DNA of 64,000 nucleotides, from contig CATNEN010000033.1 in NCBI GenBank assembly GCA_950097015.1, positions 3,410,001 through 3,474,000 of the forward strand. Reading direction: 5' to 3'. Both the position numbers and the translations under genes were made by a program. Shown one piece after another: positions 58,701-64,000 of the stretch (the stretch's first letter is position 1; every line of letters begins with the position of its first letter). A model generated the notes under the pieces. That model saw nothing but the letters and a program-made list of their open reading frames with translations. It had not been told where the DNA came from and did no database searches. This stretch comes from Macrostomum hystrix (Eukaryota > Animalia > Platyhelminthes).

Positions 58701-59387
58701 CTGGCGGCGACGTTGATTGTCAGCGACAGACTGCACGCTGACCCTCGCGATGAGCTCCTCCATTCGCCTCTCAAGCCGGCCCAGGCGGTCGTCCTCGGCT
58801 GGTCTTTCTGCTGGGGGGCACTGACTGCTGACGGCCGCAGCCGGCGGTCTTCCAGCCAGCTGTTCTAGGCGAACTGCCCGCTGCAGCAGGGTCTCTAGGC
58901 TGCAGATCTCAGCGTCATCACCCTTTAACAGACTGTCGTGGATGTCAGCCTTCAGCAGCTGCAGGAGCTTGAAACGCACGTCGCGGTCGCGCTGTTCGAC
59001 AGAATCCTTCGGTCTCGCCTTTTGGTGCAGCAGCTTCAGGCTGAAACAGAGCTCCCTGAGAGTCTCGTTGTCTCCTCACCTTCTCGAATGGAAGTCGCTC
59101 ATAGCCTTGAAGCTGTCTGTTTCACCGCCATAAAGGTTGGTCAGCGCCTCCTTGATGCTCCCGAAGCTCTTCTGCTTCAACTTGGTGAGGTCCCAGACGA
59201 ACAGCTGCACTTCTCCAGTAAGCAGCAACTTGACTTTTGACACAGCAGTCTCATCGTCCCATTTCGCATCCCTCGCAAACTCTTCAAAGATTTTTAGCCA
59301 CTTTCTCACATCGGTGTTGTCCGTGCCACTAAACTTTGGCAGTAAAAGTGTGCTTGACTGAGCCATATTGCACTCACACTGGGTTCT

Positions 59388-59398
59388 CGCTGCCACCA
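59388..59398 (-). other. Primer-binding site, probably tRNA-Leu
   Basis: TGGTGGCAGCG 1 nt inside the 5' LTR on minus; matches the tRNA-Leu-type PBS as I recall it. Confidence 0.65.
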
Positions 59399-59399
59399 A

Positions 59400-59610
59400 T
59401 GTAAGAGACACGACTTAAGCTTCAGACACAAAGTATATTTTGTCACTCACAATGGAATGCTCATATTAAATAGATGTGAAGAATACAATCGATAGGCCTA
59501 AAAACAACCCCCCCTAGGGCCTATGAGGTGGCGTACCAGTACACTAGCAAGATGTACAACCACGAACGCAAGTGCTGGAGAGATATACGTGCCTCACAAG
59601 GGCCTTTACA
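59400..59610 (-). repeat. 5' LTR of the Gypsy element (211 bp)
   Basis: tgtaa...ttaca termini; about 92 percent identical to 55592-55796 by hand alignment. Confidence 0.93.
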
Positions 59611-62049
59611 AGGCCTACCCTATTTTTAGCCACAGAAATTGTGTTTTTTGCTTCCAACAGCCATCTGCAAGTTTTGGGGGACACCAAATGCCCTATTTGA
59701 GGGTTACATCCAGGAGTTCTTTTAGTGTCACATGCATGGGCACAACAATGAGGCCTTTAGAAACATGCTATAATGGATTCACCAGTTAATGTGACTAGCA
59801 AATGTAATTTGCCAGATAAATTGAGTACTATGGTTAATGTGAGAACTGATTTACTAACTGACTACCAGTCTACTACTGTCAACTTTGTTATAACACCTTT
59901 TAAATTTGTTAGTTTTGCTAATATACAAAGGCAAAAGACAGTAGGCCTAAGTGTTGAGTGTTAGAATGAAGCAAGAAAGCACAATTTCCATGCTTAAAAA
60001 AGTTAGTATTTTAGTGAGATATTATATTACAAATGAAAATATTTTTGTAGTTTTGCAAAAAATTACAAAAACATTTGTGCCACATCTTTACCTCATTTTT
60101 TTAGATTTGGAATAAGGCCTAGGAACCTTTATCTGCAGATTTATATGTGATGCATAAAGAATGTTGATCTGAGAAAATGTCTAGCTCTTTTAGATCAACA
60201 ACAATAATACTGACAATCCATAAAATTTATTGTTCGTAACCAATGTCCTGTAAACAATCCTAGTTAGGCCTTTTGACAAGTCGTGGGTTAGGGAGTAAAA
60301 TGTAGGAAAAAATCGAAACCACATAGGTCTATAATAAATAGTATACAATGGACTTAGTTTCGACTGTAGCAATGTCCACTAAAACTTAATTAAAACAAAT
60401 AATATTTAAAATTGTCATAGGCCTAGTAGTTTCCTTATAATTTTCCAGTGACTTACATTATAATGATTAAGTCAACCTCACGGATAATTTAATTTTAGTC
60501 TTCGTTTTAAAAATTGTGGATACCGTTTGAACAAATATACAGAATAATATACAAACATATCACTCTTAAAAACGCATAAAAATTCAACTTAAAACTATAT
60601 ACGATATATTTACGCGATCAAATAACTACATGAGCGATTTTAACTTTACAACCACTGCCTTAGAAGCTAGTCGCCTAGTCGTAGTCGGAATTGTTTCGAC
60701 CAAGGACAACTTCGACATGGTTGGTTTCGAATTGCTGTATAGGCCTTTAGGCACTCACATTTCACTAGCGACTCGCAAAAAAAACCAACTTTAAAAAATA
60801 TCATTCGTCACAAATGGAAAAACTACTTTTCTACTAAGATCTTGACGTAAAAATCAACACAAAATTTGACGCAGCACGCAGTAATGTTTTATTTTACATT
60901 TTACTTTTGTGTAATTTTACATCACTGAGTAATAAAAAACCTTTCCAGATGCTTATTAGATTATTTTTAAAGTAAATCGAAAGAAGAAATGAACGCACAT
61001 TGAAACTTTAAATTATTCAATCCTGATTAAAAACTGCATTGCAGTTCGACTTTAACTTTGTATTGTAGGCTGTAGCACTACTACGTCTCTTTCCCCTTAG
61101 CGCAGTTTTTTTGCACATTGGAAACAGGCGCATACAGTAGTTTTGTTTTTAGAAATTGACGTAGAAATAGCCTAACCCTACTATATCAAAGCATATCTAG
61201 GTATCCGTATATTCGTTCCGTATATTGCATATCTATCCGTTTATCGAGGTGATATAAACTATTTGTAATACAATGCATAGAATTATAAAAATATAATTAT
61301 AATTAAATAAAACGGAATTAAATGTTTACTTCCATACTAAAATAGTACACATAGTGTTTTTGTTTGATTGCAAGTGTTTTCCCTCGCCGTTTAATTTAAA
61401 ATATCACCTTCGACGGTGTGAGCTTTAAGGCGTTGTAATTAGTCGGCCTGAACATTTTTTACTGAAGCTCAGGTTTATTCTAAATATGGCGAACGTTCTT
61501 GAAGAAGGCCTCGGGATAATTTAGGTACTTCAAATTAGGAGAGCATACATTAACCACAATTTAGCAGTTATCACGTCAACATGACTTGTACCATTCGCCA
61601 TCGACTATAATAACAAACATAAATTTTATGTAATAAATACTGCAAATACGATCAACTAATAATTTTGCTCCTCCAATGAGCATTCTCAATATTGTGTAAC
61701 AAAGTGCATTTTGTACGCTTGTAAGTTTTCGTTCTAATGAAAATTTATCCATATTTTAACTTATATTTTTATGGCATTGGCAGAAAACTGAAATAGTTTT
61801 TTTTGGATATGAGAATTAAGTAAAAGTCTCAGTTGAGAAGTGTCGCGGTCGAGCTCATAGCCACATATCGAAGCTTATAGGTGGTTATATTAGGTCGCGA
61901 ATGTAAACTTTGATTTCTAATCACGAAAAGTGCCTGTCAATCAAATAGTCTTATCTATTGCATTTATTATCTCGCTTTCAGACAAACTCCGCTGAGTGAA
62001 AGGTTTTCGTTTCTCGTTTTGTTGAGTAAATTCTACATGAGAAATAACA

Positions 62050-64000
62050 ATGCACCCTTGCTTTGCGAGAATATTGACATACTTCGGTATGCAGAGACCA
62101 ATGTGCACTGAGTTCAGAACCGTTTTCGTCAACCACAAAGCTATCAGCTCGAGAGAGCAGCTGCACGAAGTACAATATCCAGCTAATCAAGTGGTCACTT
62201 CTCGCTACACCGCATACAACTTCTTAATAAAGAATCTCTTGGAGCAGTTCTCGCGCGTTGCCAACTTTTACTTTCTAATTGTGGCTATTATTCAGCTGCT
62301 CAATGATGCGCCAGTGAGTCCTACCTCGTCTTTCGTGCCACTTGGCTTTGTACTAGGAGCCACAGCGATCAAGCAGGCCTACGAAGACATCAAGAGGCAC
62401 AGGTCTGACAACGCTGTCAACAGCGCGCCTGTCAAAGTGACCAGAGGCAGCACACTCGTTGACATTAGGTCTAGCGAAATTCAAGTCGGCGACATTGTGC
62501 GCGTGCACCAGAACGAAGGCTTTCCGTGCGACTTGGTTCTGCTATCATCGTCTGAAGATACAGGTGAGACGCGTAGCTATTTGCGTTCCATTACATCTCA
62601 CCGATACTAAAACCTACAGAGCAAGTCTAGAGATCCAAGAACTTATATTATCCTGCAAAACAGGTGAATGCAGGGTAACGACAGCCAACTTAGATGGCGA
62701 ATCCAACCTGAAGACGGTGCACTCCGTGGAGCTGACCAGGCACTTGAGGACAGCGGAAAAAATCGGCAAGAACCTGCGCGCTCAAATCGACTGCGAGCAG
62801 CCAACTGCAGATCTGTACAAGTTCAAGGGAAATATGAAGGTCCGCCTTGGTTCCGGTCCTGTTGACCAAGTCTCCCTGAGCGTGAAAAATGTGTTACTAC
62901 GCGGCGCCATCCTTAGAAACACAGAGCAGGTGATGGGAGTGGCAGTGTACACCGGCCAGGAGACGAAGATGCAGCTCAACTCGCAAAGCGGTCGGTCAAA
63001 AAAATCGGTTATTGAGCACAGAGTAGACAACTTTCTGGCGTGCTTTATGGGAATACTTCTAGCGCTAGTAGTTTTGTGCATCTCCATGAAATGGAGTTAT
63101 GCTAATCATAAAACAACCGTTAATAGCGCCTGGTACCTGCCGGTAGAACACCCTACATTTTACCGCATTGTCCAGGACATACTCGGCTACGTCGTACTGT
63201 TTAATTATCTGATTCCCATCGCACTCTACGTAACGATGGAGGTAATGAAGTTTATCGGCTCAAAGTTTATCGAGTACGATTTGAATATGTACTTCGAGGA
63301 TCAGAACACTGGAGAGAAGATGCCAGCCAAGGCAAACACGTCAGACCTGATTGAGGAGCTCGGCCAGGTTCAGCATTTATTCTCCGATAAAACAGGCACA
63401 CTCACTGAAAACAAGATGACCTTCAGACATTGCTCAGTGGATGAACGAACTTTCAGCGAATTAGAAGGTCAATTATGGGAGACAATGAGCTGCGGAGGAC
63501 AACCGTTAAACAGGTGTAGGAGGCTGGAAGGCCGCCAGCTGCTATTCTTCACGGCTTTGGCTCTGTGCCACACAGTCCGAGTTGAGCGTTCCAAGAAATT
63601 TGCCCGGGCCTCGACGGCTCTTGCGAGCAGCACCTACTCGGCATTGGACGCTACAGGCTACACGTATCAGGCCATCTCACCGGATGAGAAGGCTTTCGTG
63701 GAAGCTGCTCGGAGCTTTGGAGTCATCTTCCATGGCACCGATGGCGGAGTCAGCACTGTGAGCTGGCCAGGTGACGATGGCGAGTTCATTATCCAGCAAT
63801 TCCGGGTTCTACACGTGTTGGAGTTCGACTCAGACCGTAAGTGCATGTCAGTCATTGTGCAGCGACCTGACGGAGTGCACTGGCTAATTTCAAAAGGCGC
63901 CGAAAGCTCGATGCTAGAAAAGTGCTCGACTGGGGATCGTGATGCAGTCGTGAAATTCTCAGCGGAATTCGCTGTCCAGGGTCTCCGGGTGCTGGCGATC
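62050..64000 (+). CDS. ATP11: P4-type ATPase phospholipid flippase, ATP11-like, 5' part (exons 62050-62563 and 62664 to beyond 64000)
   Basis: NQVVTSRYTAYNFLIKNLLEQFSRVANFYFL; TM1 IIQLLNDAPVSPTSS; CRVTTANLDGESNLK; SDKTGTLTENKM phosphorylation site; FDSDRKCMSV; phase-1 GT/AG intron of 100 nt. Confidence 0.93.

Larger units (their letters stand above)
55592..59610 (-). mobile_element. Decayed Ty3/Gypsy LTR retrotransposon (gag-PR-RT-RH-INT), integrase truncated
   Basis: Gag from ATG 59366 with the CCHC knuckle CFNCGQHGHLAAQC; protease WLLDTGAQTSLI; RT YIDD; RNase H SCDSSAFALGAVL...ELLAIVW; integrase H-H-C-C and VQLDIKGP; several frameshifts, stops and a short deletion in the RT CVDYR motif. 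Confidence 0.97.

Overview
Eukaryotic (metazoan) genomic DNA. High-GC3 exons, poly-Q/poly-A tracts, very short introns next to minisatellite-filled ones and a mollusc/flatworm-type myosin essential light chain point to a lophotrochozoan, most resembling the flatworm Macrostomum (inference, not verified). Genes in order: the 3' exons of a plus-strand gene whose tail resembles a Cav2 calcium-channel C-terminus (3195-5301), myosin essential light chain, a USP-domain protein, alpha-tubulin, a TESK/LIMK-like kinase (minus), an intronless RING-B-box-coiled-coil-NHL-like protein, a divergent 14-3-3, a 28-kb RBMS/alan-shepard RRM gene (minus, 26724-54634) and the 5' part of an ATP11-like P4-ATPase running off the window end. 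Mobile DNA: a decayed Ty3/Gypsy element with two diverged LTRs, two SINE families (one CORE-like), a hAT MITE with a perfect 8-bp TSD and Tc1/mariner-like remnants. About 20 unrelated minisatellite arrays (9-40 bp units, roughly 14 kb by hand count) lie mostly in introns, and every RBMS intron contains at least one. The strongest leads are the intron-confined, strand-polarised minisatellite system, often abutting splice sites and carrying splice-like or TF-like motifs, and an apparent genomically hard-coded spliced-leader 3' end fused to the kinase start codon. All gene models were assembled by hand from GT/AG sites and phase compatibility, without transcript data.
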